Source: the human T2T-CHM13v2.0 reference genome, Homo sapiens. From it: 64,000 bases of DNA. The translations under genes and the position numbers were made by a program. Of this stretch, positions 19,300 to 34,566 are shown piece by piece. The notes under the pieces are model-generated. The model made no database searches. It was given only the letters and a program-made list of their open reading frames with translations, and was not told the DNA's origin. The first letter of the stretch is position 1; each line of letters starts with the position of its first letter. The DNA lies in the NCBI RefSeq assembly GCF_009914755.1, contig NC_060928.1; one strand, written 5' to 3'.

Positions 19300-21672
19300 T
19301 GATATTATTTGGCTGTGTCCCACCCAAATCTCATCTTGAGTTCCCACATGTTGTGGGAGGGACCTGGTAGGAGGTAATTGAATCATGGGGGCAGGTCTTT
19401 CCCATGCTATCCTTGTGATAGTGAATATGTCTCATGAGATCTGATGGTTTTAAAAAGAAGAGTTTCCCTGCATAAGCTCTCTGTCTTTACCTACTGCCAT
19501 CTATGTAAGATGTGACTTGCTCCTCCTTGACTTCCACCATGATTGTGAGGCCTCACCAGCCATGTGGAAATGTAAGCCCATTAAACCTCTTTCATTTGTA
19601 AATTGCCCAGTTGCGGGCATGTCTTTATCAGCAGCATGAAAATGGTACAGTAAATTGGTACCAGTAGAGTAGGGTGCTGCTGAAAAATACCCAAAAATGT
19701 GGAAGCAACTTTAGAACTGGGTAACAGGAAGAGTTTGGAACAGTTTGGAGGGCTCAGAAGATGACAGGAAAATGTGGGAAAGTTTGGAACTCCCTAGAGG
19801 CTTGTTGAATGGCTTTGGAACTGGGTAACAGGAAGAGTTTGGAACAGTTTGGAGGGTGCAGAAGAAGACAGGAAAATGTGGGATAGTTTGGAACTCCTTA
19901 GAGGCTTGTTGAATAGCTTTGATCAAAATGCTGATAATGATATGGACAATTAAATCCAGGCTGAGGTGGTCTCAGATGGAGATGAGGAACTTGTTGGGAA
20001 CTGGAGCAAAGGTGACTCTTGTTACATTTTAGCAAAGAGACTGGTGGCATTTTGCCCCTGCCCTAGAGGTCTGTGGAACTTTGAACTTGAGAGAAATAAT
20101 TTAGGATATCTGGCAGAATAAATTTCTAAGCAGCAAAACATTCAAGAGGTGACTTGGGTGCCATTAAAGGCATTCAGTTTTATAAGGAAAGCAGAACATA
20201 GAAGTTTGAAAAATTTGCAACCTGACAATGTGATAGAAAAGAAAATCCCATTTTCTGAGGAGAAAGTCAAGCTGGCTGTAGAAGTTTGCATAAGTAACAA
20301 GGAACCAAATGTTAATTTCCAAGAAAATGGGGAAAATGTCTCCAGAGCATGACAGAGGTCTTCACAGCAGCCCTTCCTATTATAGGCCTGGAGGCCTAGA
20401 AGGAAAAAGTGGTTTCATGGGCCAGATTCAGGGTACCCATGCTCTGTGCAGTCTAGGGAGTTGGTGCCCTGCATCCCAGCTGCTCTGGTCATGGCTGAAA
20501 GGGGCTAATGTAGAGCTCGGGCCATCACTTCCGAGGATGCAAGCCTTAGGTCTTGGAAGAGTCCATGCGTTGTGGAGCCTGTGAGTGCATAGAAATCAAG
20601 AATTGAGGTTTGGGAACCTCCACCTAGGTTTCAGAGGATGTATGGAAACACCTGGATGTCCAGGAAGAAGTTTGCTGCAGGAGTGGAGCACTCATGGAGA
20701 ACCTATGCTAGGGCAGTGTGGAAGGAAAATGTCGTGCGGGAGAGCCCACACAGAGTCCTCACTGGGGCGCTTCCTAGTGGAGTTGTGAGAAGAAGGCCAC
20801 CACCCTTCAGACCCCAGAAGGGTAGATCCTCCGACAGCTTCCACTATGCACCTGGAAAAGCCAAAGGCACTCAACACCAGCCAGTGAAAACAGCCAGGAG
20901 GGAGGCTGTACCCAGCAAAGCCAGAGAGCCAGTCTGCCCAAGACCATGGGAACCCACCTCTTGTATCAGCATGACCCAGATGGGAGACATGGAATCAAAG
21001 GAGATCATTTTGGAGTTTTAAGATTTGAGAGCCCTGTGGGATTTTGGACTTGTATGGGGCCTGTAGCCCCTTCGTTTTGGCCAATTTCTCCCATTTGGAA
21101 TGGCTGTATTTACCCAGTGCCCTCATTGTATCTGAGAAGGAGCTAAATTGTTTTTGATTTTACAGGCTCATAGGCAGAAGGGACTTGCCTTGTGTCAAGT
21201 GAGACGTCGGACTGTAAGATTAATGCTGAAATGAGTTAAGACTTTGGGGGACTCTTGGGAAGGGATAATTGGTTTTGAAATTTGAGGGCGTGAGATTTGG
21301 GAGGGGCCAGGGGCAGAATGATTTGGTTTGGCTCTGTCCTCACCCAAATCTCATCTTGCATTCCCATGTATTGTGGGAGGGACCTGTAGGAGATAATTGA
21401 ATCATGAGGGCAGGTCTTTCCTATGCTGTTCTTGTGATAGTGAATGAGTTTCACCAGATCTGATGGTTTTTAAAAGAGGAGTTTCCTGCACAAGCTCTCT
21501 CTCTTTGCCTGCTCCCATCCATGTAAGACATGACTTGCTCCTCCTTGCCTTCCACTGTGACTGTGAGGCCTCCCCAGCCATGTGGAACTGTAAGTCCATT
21601 AAACCTCTTTCTTTTGTGAATTGCCCAGTCTTGGGTATGTCTTTATCAGCAGTGTGAAAATGGACTAATACA
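19300..21672 (+). mobile_element. Complete THE1 (MaLR) element: LTR 19300-19649, internal 19650-21318, LTR 21319-21672
   Basis: Two similar ~350-bp LTRs (TGA...ACA); internal start gtaaattggtacc; perfect 5-bp TSD gaggc. Confidence 0.97.
19709..19920 (+). repeat. 104-bp tandem duplication inside THE1-int
   Basis: ctttagaactgggtaacagg at 19709 repeats as ctttggaactgggtaacagg at 19813. Confidence 0.95.
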
Positions 21673-22382
21673 GAGGCTAAATCTCATGTTAGTGTTTTCA
21701 TCACATGCTTTTTCTCTAAAAATATCTTTTTAAATAAAAAACCTAAAAAAACTCTATTATAATAAAGTGACACACACATCACACATAGTAGAATTTGTAG
21801 AAATATAACTACCTATCTAATGATGTAAATTTCTGTCCTAATATTCTTCCCTGTGACTTTAAATCTTGGTTTTCTATAAGAATCTTTAAAAAGAATTTGA
21901 TAGCTTTTCAGCATTTCTCAGAATACTACTGTATCATTCTTGCTTATTTTTCATGTGGTACCTGTGGTATAAGGGCAGCCATTCTGAGTGTAAGTCTCCT
22001 AAGGTGATGGCCTCTTTATAGCAGGGTCTGTTTACTCAGAGAATGAGGCAGTCAGTCAGTTCTAAATAAGATATAGGTGACATGTTACCATGGGAATAAT
22101 TTCCTTTATTGAAGCAATTTTTAAGTTCTTAAATTCTGCTTTATGATCTTTTCTCCGAGTTCATTTTTTTCTTAAAATATTCTTTCTGAACATATAAAAC
22201 ATAACTGAACAAGATTCAAAGGATGCATGTTACAAATAGGCAGATTTTAGTTCAAATAGCAGGAATTTTCTAATAGTCAAAGATATTCAAAGATGTGATG
22301 TATTGTTGTGGAAAGGAGCAATTAAGCTAGAGAAACTTTGAAATCACTTCCAACTTTAAGGTTATAGCAATAAAGAAAAGCT

Positions 22383-22663
22383 GGGCTGGGTGCTGTGGCT
22401 CACGCCTGTAATCCCAGCACTTTGGGAGGCCGAGGAGGCGGATCACTAGATCAGGGATTCAAGATCGGCCTGGCCAACACATTGAAACCTCGTCTCTATC
22501 AAAAATACAAAAATTAGCCAGGAGTGTGTGCGTGCCTGTAATCCCAGCTACTTGGGAGAATGAGGCAGGAAAATTGCTTGAATCTGGGAGGCAGAGGTTG
22601 CAGTGAATGGAGATCATAACACACTGCACTCCACCCTGGGCGACAGAGGGCAACTCCTTCTCA

Positions 22664-22691
<28 letters not shown>
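22383..22691 (+). mobile_element. Alu (AluS-like)
   Basis: Full dimer, ~29-nt A tail, TSD aaaagct. Confidence 0.96.
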
Positions 22692-22695
<4 letters not shown>

Positions 22696-22839
22696 ACATT
22701 TATACAGTGGTTTTCTTTTCAGAAAAACTAAAAAAATGGCAAGTGTTCCTTTTCAAAGGGAAATGATGCTTGCTGAAATCACATAGAGAAGTTGTTGTAA
22801 ATTATTAAAATTATACCCCTTATTAATAAACTTATTTAT

Positions 22840-23940
22840 TTATTAATTCAACAAATATTTATTAGGTTCTACTAAGTTCTAGGCATGATTCTAAGTTTAG
22901 GGCTAGAAGATCTAGATTAAAGCAAGTCTCTGCTTTCATGGAGCTTATATCTCAGTGGAGAGAGGGCAAAAAATACAAGGATACATGATAGGCATGTGGT
23001 AAATATTGTTTAGAGAAACATAAATCAGGATAGAGGCAATGGGAAATAAGGGGTGAGGTGTGTGCTTGTCATTTTATATAGATTAGCAAAGAAGTCCTCT
23101 TTGATTAGGTGATATTTGAGCCTAAACTTCAAGAAAGTGAGACAGTTATGAAGATATTTTGGGTGGATAGGGCGGGTGGGATTGAATTCCAAATAAAGAC
23201 AGCTGCTGTAATGAATTAGGTATGTTGGCAGAACACCAAGCAGGACAATGTGGCTGGAGTGGAGTAAGAAAGAGAGTAACAGAGGAAGAGCTTCATCATT
23301 AATAACAATATATTGTATATTTCAAAATTGCTAAAGGAATAGATTTTTAAAATCCTCTCCAAAGAAAAATAAGTTGGTGAGATGATGTATGTGTTAATTA
23401 GCTTGACTGAATATTTTACAATGTATAGCTAGATGAAAACATCACATTGTACCTCACAAATATACAGAATTATTATTTTTCAATTAAAAATAAATTTGTA
23501 AGAACAGAAAATTTTAGAGAAGTGGTGGTGGAGCAGACAGTGGTTAAATTATAGGACATGGTAGGCCATGATGAGTCTTTTAGCTTTGTTATGAATGAGA
23601 TGGGAAGCCCTTGAAAGTTATGAGCAGAGAATGACTTCATCTTTCTCATGTTTTAAAAGGATTGTTCTTGCTGCTCTGTTAAGAACATACTGTAGGGTGT
23701 AAGAGTGGAAGCAGAGAGACTACTTAAGAAGGAGACTACTGCAATAATCTAAGTGAGAGATGCAAGTGCATTGGAACAGGCTTGGGAGTGGGTAGTGGTG
23801 CAGGTAAGAAGTGGATTCAGCATATAATTTGAAAGTAGAAACTACAGGATTTGCTGGTGAATTGGATGTAGGATGTGAGAAAAAGAAATAAATAAAAATA
23901 TTACATCCAAAATTTTTGGCTTGAACAATTGGAAGAACAT
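22840..23940 (-). mobile_element. L2 remnant, interrupted by L1MA 3' fragment (~23298-23500, +)
   Basis: L2 tail attcaacaaatatttatt...aggca and purine-rich L2 body. Confidence 0.75.
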
Positions 23941-25264
23941 AATACTGAATTAGGTAAAATGCATCATTGAAAGTTTCCAGGTGTTGAGGAATATGTCTTT
24001 GGGCTTGATGAGCTTCAACACATGGCTGTTGCTGCTCCTTGGTTCATAGTTGAAGACTTGGTGAAAATATTTACTTTTCTTCTTCTTGCCACTTGCCACC
24101 ACATATATGTCTGTGGTGCCTGGTAATTCATGGAAGATGAGCATTAGCCAGTGCTTAAATAAGGTATACCAGTGACAGAACATGAATTTAAATATTATGA
24201 GTACAACTCAAATCAATCAAGGCAGGATGATTTAGAATGCCTGTCATTTTGTAATTAGGTTTTATATCATTATGTGAAAAATTTTATGTGACTGCTTAAC
24301 TGGACCCATTATTTGGTTTCTCTTTTTGTCTTTAACTGCTGTATTCCTGCCTAGCTGTACTTCCAAGGCTAATCTAGGTTATCAAAGCTTTTCTTTCCTT
24401 AAAATACAACTTTCAAACCAATAGAAAAAGTTGACAGCTTTCTTTTAAAACACTACTGCATGTCACCTTTCAACATATCCAATAAAATGTTATTTTTACA
24501 ATACTGCCTAGGATGAATGATAGTATCCATTTTACTTGGAAGGACTTTAACTGTTTTCTCTGAGTGATGTTTTTGGGTTTCTCTAGGGCATACTTTGAGT
24601 GAGTATTCTGGAAATTTTTATTTCAATTTACACAACAGTTTACTAGTTTTTGTATGCTTATTTATATCAGTTAATTTGACAAGAAAATCTGTGTTGAAAA
24701 AATGTGTTCATTTGTCTCATGAGTACTAAAATGTATTATGGGACTTTGAAGAAATATGAGTATGGGTTCAGGGGAATAAGAGACAAAACTCAGAAATAAT
24801 TAGAAGGAACAAAGTTAAACATACAGTTATATATCAAGACCATAAAAATCTATAAGTAACTGTAGTGTTAGAATAGATTTTTAGGTCAGTCCTCAAGACC
24901 ATTGGGTTTAGCAGGATAGAAACACAAGTAAAAGCTTCAATGATTAATGAAATAAGATCAAAATAGGTACTTTAAAAGAATGCTGTCAGGAATCATAATC
25001 TTGAATATAAAATTAGTTGCTGTGGTCCAGCAGCAGTGGGAACAGCTAATTGTTGCTGAATGGTGTTATGTAGATTGATAGTGAGGAGTGGGGAAGGCAC
25101 TGAGAACTTCCCTGGGTGCTGTAAGAGTAGTTAGAGATGCTTTTGTTTGACTTTGCGATGGCATCACCATAACCCACCAATGAATGACGAGTTACTACCA
25201 ATGGGCAGAGCAGTTTCTGGAATGTACTGAATGCAGGTGGTTGTCTGAGTGCCATGCTTCGAGA

Positions 25265-25796
25265 AGCCCATTGTAGCTCAGAGGACTTGAGGAAGGCTGA
25301 ACAGATCGTACAGTTGGCCCTAAAATATTGAGAGTCTCATACTCTAAAATCATGTACTTTCTTCTGTATGGTACACATCTTTAGGCTGAATGTTGCTTAT
25401 TTATAACTACTTTTTCCCACTGAATGCTACTCTTTAGGGCTATTTAAAAACTCTAGAGTTGGCCTGAATCTTAATTTTCTAAAAACAAAACAAACTCCAA
25501 GATCAGGGAGAATTAAGCAGAACACCATAGTAGGTATGACATGTGCTTTGGAATTGGGGAGCGTTCTGGGAGAGGATTCTGGGTCTACCACTTAATTTCG
25601 TGTGCAATCCCGGGCAAATTGCTTAATTCCTCTGTGCTCCAGTTCTTTTATCACTGAAATGGAGTTTCTAATAGTGTCTACTTCACAGAGTTGTTGTGAA
25701 GAATAAATATAATAATGGATGATAATGGATATAAAGTGCATACATTATCTGGCTCAAAAAATAGTAGCTCATATTAACAGGTCATTTAGTTGGCCC
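25265..25796 (+). repeat. Left arm of ~530-bp inverted duplication (unique DNA plus MIR ~25530-25780)
   Basis: Reverse complement of 29150-29683, about 36 differences by hand count. Confidence 0.97.
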
Positions 25797-28700
25797 ACTA
25801 AGAAATATCTTTCCACTTCCAGAAAATAATAAAGAGGAAAAAAATCTCTGTGACGTTTAGTGTGCACTGATAGGTAATATTTAATCTCAAAATTTGCTAT
25901 TTTTAAATAAAAAAACTGCTTTTTAAAGTGGGGATTTATCTAGCGATTAGGATTTAAAATTTTTGATCTAAAAATATTCAAACTATTATAGATATTTAGA
26001 TTTTTATAGGGAAAAATTTCATTTTCTTTAAGGAGGATAACTTCCATCTCTTAATAGTTTGTAGTATATACATTAAAATATTCTGGAATAAGCTATCATT
26101 CAAAGTGAAGCTTAAAACTAAAAATCAGCAACAAACATTTCATAGAAACTAGAAAAATTCAAGAACAACGCGTCCTTTGGTGGTGCAGGTCTCCAGGCAT
26201 GACCAGTTATGGATGTGGAAAGGAAAGCCAGTGTGGAAATGATTAGATGACTAGCCAAGGCACAGGTATAGTTTTCTTTTTCACCGTCTAGAATTAATGC
26301 AGGTTTTTAGTTGCTTTCCTGGCTGGCTTCGGCTATAAGGCAGCGGGTTTGTTTTCTGATAACAATCCAGCTTTTTATGCTCTCTCAGATTTAACCTTAC
26401 ACTGATTATGTTGCCCCTTCACTTTTGTGGTCAGCTGATAACAAAGGAAAGGAGCGCAAAGAATTCAGTTAGAAATTCACATCCAAAACAGCAGACTTTT
26501 CTTTGAATTCTACTATCAGTTTGTCTTCTCTTATGATACGTATACTCTGTAGTGGCATTTTGGTTTGCATATAAAATTTCCCCTACTACTGAAGTGTAGG
26601 TATTGGAGAGCTTTACACCTACCACTAGTATTTCTTTTCTCACACCTGTAACAACTGATTATCAGCCCCTGCTCCAAAACTTTCAGTCATCAGAGGTTTT
26701 ACTTCATAACATATTTTTGGATAGATAGGTTCCCCCAACACCAATTTTACTGAGCTGAAATTATTAATATTTTATTGGGAGAAATCACATAACATTTTAG
26801 TTCAAAAAGAATACCTTTTATTTTGGCTCATTACATTTCTTCATGGATATTTCCCCTAGTTTTCTCTAGTTAGAATCCGCCTCCACAATTCTTATTAGCC
26901 TGCAACTCAAACACATTATTTTTTTCAAACTGGTTCCTTCTACATGAGCCGTCTGAATCACTAAAGCAAGAATCAATCAGTCAGCAATATTTATCAAGCA
27001 CACACTAGGCGCAGAAAACTGTACAAAGAGCTCTAAAAGTCTGCAATATTGATTGTACCTGTCATGCCCTGACATGTAAAGGCCCTTATCACAAGAAGGA
27101 GGTCTCCTTAATGTAAGTTTTTGATTAGCAGGATGTGGGATCTGGACTGCAGTGAGAGAAAGAGACATTGCAAAACTTCTCTGCCTGGGAAATAAACAGT
27201 AATTTTGGGGTGGTGGGGAAGGTTCGGGGTGAGTAATTAAGGGAGGAGATATGAGGTGAGGAAAGGGTATAGGCAGGTAGGGACCTACAGTCTGATAGGA
27301 GTCTAGAGCCTGGGAAGACACAACTGTTGAAGATGCCTCTGAGGCAAAAATGGCAGAAGGGAGGGCTAATCCTTAACTGTAACTTGTCGGCAATGCTGAG
27401 CAGTGATGTGAGCCTCAGGTCCTCTCTCCAAATTTCAGTGGAGTCTCCTGTAAGAACAGCTTTGAGTCTTTGGTTGCTGAATGACAAAAGAAGAGGCCAG
27501 ATGGAGTGGGAAAAGGGAGATAAGTATAATAAAATGAACACATGAACCTACCTCACCTAAGGGAGTAGTATTACTAATAATGTCAAGGCTGCCTTTGCAA
27601 CATTGTACCCAAGCAAGGAGCAGATTCTCCCAAATTTAGGAGCCTAGTTTATTTTAATCACCTTATTCCTGAGCTTTTGTTTGGTCTTTGCAGGCTTCTT
27701 CTAGGACAGTGAGGAGTAGGAAGCCATTGGAGCATGTGGTGATGGTGGCAGCAGCAGGAACAACAGGGTGTGGGGTCATACTTAGGCACAGGTGAGAAAG
27801 ATTCCTAATTTCTATAGATCCTGGCTGATTGAGAATCACTTGTCTTTAGCCTGGTCCAGCAGTGCAAAGTTAGGGGCTGTTGATCTTACTGAGGTGGCAT
27901 GTTTCACATCTGTCCCTCTGATTCTGAATATGCATACGCAATTACTAATCGTGATGTGGGAAAGGACAAGGCTTTGCACAACTACTGATGTACCTGCTTA
28001 TGTCCGTTGCCTAGACTCATCTCCTTCATGAATTTTTAGATAGTCAGATTGTGGTCTTAAACCTCAAATATCTCACTCTTCAAAGGCAAAGACTTACATT
28101 TTAGGGCTTGTTAAGAGTCTTCAGCTTAGCAATATGAATATAATACCCAGAAAGTGACTGTATGTGCCAGGTTCTTGCCAGGAAAGAGATGGCACACTCA
28201 AACTGGGTAACTGAGTGAGTTTTAAAAAATGACAATTTATGAAGGCATAGGTAGGGTTTAGTGAAAGCTGTAAGACACAATGCAGTGCCCTAGGGCTAGT
28301 ATCAGGTAGGAACTAGCGGACAAACAAAAGATATCAAGCTACTGCCACGTTGTTTTTCTGTATTTTGAGGGATTTAAGCGTTATTCAAATATAGGCTATC
28401 TTATATCAGGTATCCGGAGGCTACTCATTTCAGCCCCGCTGAATACCATTTCCTCCAAGAAGGCTTTCTCATAAGCCCAGACAGAGGAGCTTTGTTACCC
28501 TTTGAACATCTACAGCAACTGTATTTCTCATACTTATTGAACACAGCAAGATACTGCTTTGAATTCATTGTACAGAAAAACCTCTCTGTTAATTATTAAT
28601 TTTTTGGCTCCTAAGGCCAAATTGGTGTCTGGCTTATTTTTTGCATTCTCCCAAATGCCTAGCACAATGCCTTGTACCCTTTTTTCCCACTAAAAGTTGT

Positions 28701-29149
28701 TGTTTTTTGTTTTTTTGAAGTTGCCAGCCACAGGGTAGCAGGGAGAAGATTGATGCCTATGCAAATATAACAGATCCTTGCCTTGTGTTTTCACTCTTGC
28801 TAAGATAATCCAGTCTCTGCCTGGATGCTACTGACAGCATTTTTAGCAAGATTCATGACATCCTCCTTCTATGCAATCTCTAAGACATGGAGCAGCAAGA
28901 ATTATAAACTTGAAATGTTACTGGGATGATTGTTCCCTTGTTGTGAAGTCTCTTGCTGTTTACCTACTTCCTGCTTTAGCAGTTTCTTTTAGACTATTCT
29001 CATCTGTTCCATTCTGAAGTCTAACTCCGTTTTCCTCATTACTCTTTATCCCAGGCTCCTTGCTCTAGGGTTAAGCAAAGTTGCTTGTTGCTGTCTCCTC
29101 AGTATGAACAGCCTAATTTGCCTCAGGTTTTCCACATGCATGTTGGTAA

Positions 29150-29683
29150 GGGCCAAATAAACGACCTATTAATATGAGCTACTGTTTTTTCAGCCAGATA
29201 ATGTGCTATCCACTTTATATCCATTATCATCCACTATCATATTTATTCTTCACAGCAACTCTATGAAGTAGACACTATTAGAAACTACTCTTTAGTGATA
29301 TAAGAACTGGAGCACAGAGGAATTAAGCAATTTGCCCAAGATTGCACACCAAATTAAGTGGTAGACCCAGAATCCTCTCCCAGAACGTTGCCCAATTCCA
29401 AAGCAAATGTCATGCCTACTATGGTGTTCTGCTTAATTCTCCCTGATCTTGGGGTTTGTTTTGTTTTTAGAAAATTAAGATTCAAGTCAACTTTAGAGTT
29501 TTTAAATAACTCTAAAGAGTAGCATTCAGTGGGAAAAAGTAGTTATAAATAAGCAACATTCAGCCTAAGATGTGTACCATACAGAAGAAAGTACATGATT
29601 TTAGAGTATGAGATTCTCAATATTTTAGGGTCAACTGTACAATCTGTTCAGCCTTCTGCAAGTCCTCTGAGCTACAATGTGCT
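29150..29683 (-). repeat. Right arm of ~530-bp inverted duplication
   Basis: E.g. tgtgtaccatacagaagaaagtacatgattttagagtatgaga matches the reverse complement of ~25336-25378. Confidence 0.97.
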
Positions 29684-29690
29684 GGGATGA

Positions 29691-31083
<1,393 letters not shown>

Positions 31084-31449
31084 AAAAACTTTTAAGTTCA
31101 GGGGTACATATGCAGGTTTGTTACATAGGTAAACATGTGCCATGGGGGTTTGTTGTACAGATTATTTTGTCACAGAGGTATTAAGCCTAGTACCCATTAG
31201 TTATTTTCCCTGATCCTCTCCCTCCTCCCACCCTCCATCCAGTGTGTGTTGTTCCCCTTTATGTGTCTACGTATTCTCATCATTTAGCTCCCACTTATAA
31301 GTGAGAACATGAGCTATTTGGTTTTATGTTCCTGCATTAGTTTGCTAAGGTTAATGGCCTCCAACTCCATCTATGTCCCTGTAAAGGACATAATCTCATT
31401 CTTTTTTATGGCTGCATGGTATTCCATGGTGTATATGCACCACATTTTC

Positions 31450-31757
31450 TTTTTCTTTTCCTTTTGTTTTTTTGAGATGGAGTTTCACTCTGTCACCCAA
31501 GCTGGAGTGCAGTGGCACACAATCTCATCTCACTGCAAGTCCGCCTCCTGGGTTCATGCCATTCTCCTGCCTCAGCCTCCCAAGAAGCTGAGACTACAGG
31601 TGCCTGCCACCATGCCTGGCTAATTTTTTATATTTTTAGTAGAGACGGGGTTTCACCGTGTTAGCCAGGATGGTCTTGATCTTCTGACCTCGTGATCCGC
31701 CTGCCTCGGCCTCCCAAAGTGCTGGGATTACAGGTGTGAGCCACCGTGCCCAGCCTC
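31450..31757 (-). mobile_element. AluY-like element in L1
   Basis: TSD gcaccacattttc on both sides. Confidence 0.96.
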
Positions 31758-34266
31758 GCACCACATTTTCTTTATCCAGTCTATCATTGATGGGCATTTA
31801 GGTTGATTCCATGTCTTTGCTATTGTGAATAGTGCTGCAGTGTGTCTTTATAATAGAATGATTTATATTCCTCTGGGTGTACGCCCAGTAATGGTATTGC
31901 TGGTCAAATGGTATTTCTGTCTTTAGATCTTTGAGGAATCGCCACACTGTCTTGCACAATAGTTGAACTAATTTACACTCCTACTGACAGTGTATAAGTG
32001 TTCCTTTTCCTCTACAACCTCGCTGGCTTCTGTTATTTTTTTGTTTTAATAATAGCTATTCTGACTGGCGTGAGATGGTGTCTCATTGTGGTTTTGATTT
32101 GCATTTCTCTGATGATCAGTGATGTTGAGCTTTTTTCCATAGGATTATTGGCTGCATGTATGTCCTCTTTTGAGAAGTATATGTTCATGTCCTTTGCCCC
32201 TTTATCGGGTTGATTATTTTTTTCTTGTAAATTTATTTAAGTTCCTTATAGATGTTGGATATTAGACCTTTGTCAGATGCATAGTTTGCAAAATTTTTTT
32301 CCCATTCTGTAGGTTGTCTGTTTATTCTGTTGATAGTGTCTTGCTGTGCAGAAGCTCTTTAGTTTAATTAGATCCCATTTGTCAATTTTTGCTTTCATTG
32401 CAATAGCTTTTTGTGTCTTCATCATGAAATCTTTGCATGTGCCTATGTCCTTAATGGTATTGCCTAGGTTGTCCTCCAGGGTTTTTATAGTTTTTGGGTT
32501 TTACATTTAATTGTTTAATCCACTTGAGTTAATTTTTGTATACAGTATAAAGAAGGGGTCCAGTTCCAATCTTCTGCATATTGCTAGCCAGTGATCACAG
32601 CACCATTTATTAAATAGGGAATCCTTTCCCCATTGCTTGTTTTTGTCAAGTTTGTCAAAGATCAGATAGTTGTAGGTTTGTGGTCTTATTTCTGGGTTCT
32701 CTATTCTGTTCCATTGGTCTATGTGTCTGTTTTTGTACCAATACCATGCTGTTTTGGTCACTGTAGCCCTATAGTGGAGTTTGAAATCGGGTAGTGTGAT
32801 GCCTCCAGCTTTGTTATTTTTGCTTATTATTGCTGTGGCCATTGAGGCTCTTTTTTGGTTCCATATGAATTTTAAAATAGTTTTCTCTAGTTCTTTGAAG
32901 AATGTCATTGGTAGTTTTGTAGGAATTGCATTGAATCTGTAAATTGATTTGGGCAATAGGGCCATTTTCACGATTCTTCCTATCCATGAGCATGCAATGT
33001 TTTTCTATTTGTTTGTGTCCTCTCTCATTTCTTTGAGCAGTGGTTTGTAGTTCTCCCTGTAAAGATCTTTCACTTCCCTTGTTTAGATATGATCCTAGGT
33101 ATTTTATTCTTTTGTGGCAATTGTGAATGGGAGTTCATACATAATTTGGCTCTCGGCTTGACTGTTGTTGGTGTATAGGAATACTAGCAACTTTTGCCCA
33201 CTGATTTTGTATGCTGAGACTTTGCTGAAGTTGCTTATCAGCTTAAGAAGCTTTCGAGCTGAGACAATGGGGTTTTCTACATATAGGGTCATGTCATCTG
33301 CAAACAGGGATAGTTTGACTTCCTTTCTTCTTATTTGAATGTCCTTTATTTCTTTCTCTTGCCCGATTGCCCTGGCAAGAACTTGCAATATTGTGTTGAA
33401 CAGGAGTGGTGAGAGATGGCATCCTTATCTTGTGCTGGTTTTCAAGGGGAATACTTCCAGCTTTTGCCCATTCAGTATGTTGGTGGCTGTGAGTTTGTCA
33501 TAGATGGCTCTTATTATTTTGACGTACGTTCCTTCAATACCTAGTTTATCGAGCATTTTTAACATGAAGGGATGTTGAATTTTCTTGGAAGCCTTTTCTG
33601 CATCTATTGAGATCATCATGTGGTTTCTGTCTTTAGTTGGCTGTTATGTGATGAAACACATTTATTGATTTGTGTATATTGAACCAATCTTGCATCCTGG
33701 GGATGAAGCCTACTTGATCATGGTGGACAAGATTTTTGGTGTGCAGCTCTTTCTTTTTACCTCCCTGGGTTATTAGGAAGTTGATGTTGCCCTGAGGTTG
33801 TGGGGGCAGATCTCAGCAGAACTGGAAAAAAAACTGCATAAAGCTTGTTTCTCAATTTGGCATTGTGGTATTTTGGGGTCTACAGATAGTGTTCAAGGTT
33901 TTCCTTAAAAAATGTTTGCCTTTCTAACTTGGGTTTATTAGTATAGGCAATTACATATTGGATCTTGATTTTTCTCTCAAACATCTGAATGATTTCTCCA
34001 AGTTCTATTCATCTGCACTTTTTAAGGCATAGAGTAAATTTTTTTCATGCAAAATATTGGTGAAAACATTAACATAACAATTTCTTATGATTAAATTTGA
34101 TACATTAAGCAACACTCTCATTTCAGGTAGGCATTAATTCACTCAGTTGTAAATTATCCAGATCATATTTCTCTAATTAATAACTACATCATTAAAAACT
34201 TCAAATGCTTTGCTACAACCCAAATATAATCTTTATGTCAACCTGGCTATCAGAAAACAATATTAG

Positions 34267-34566
<300 letters not shown>

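Noticed and set aside
19709-19920. Repeat array resembling CRISPR
   Set aside because: Only two contiguous 104-bp copies without spacers, inside a eukaryotic retroelement.
23981-24130. Possible exon after tttccag with a ~50-codon open frame
   Set aside because: Poor polypyrimidine tract and donor; peptide not recognised.
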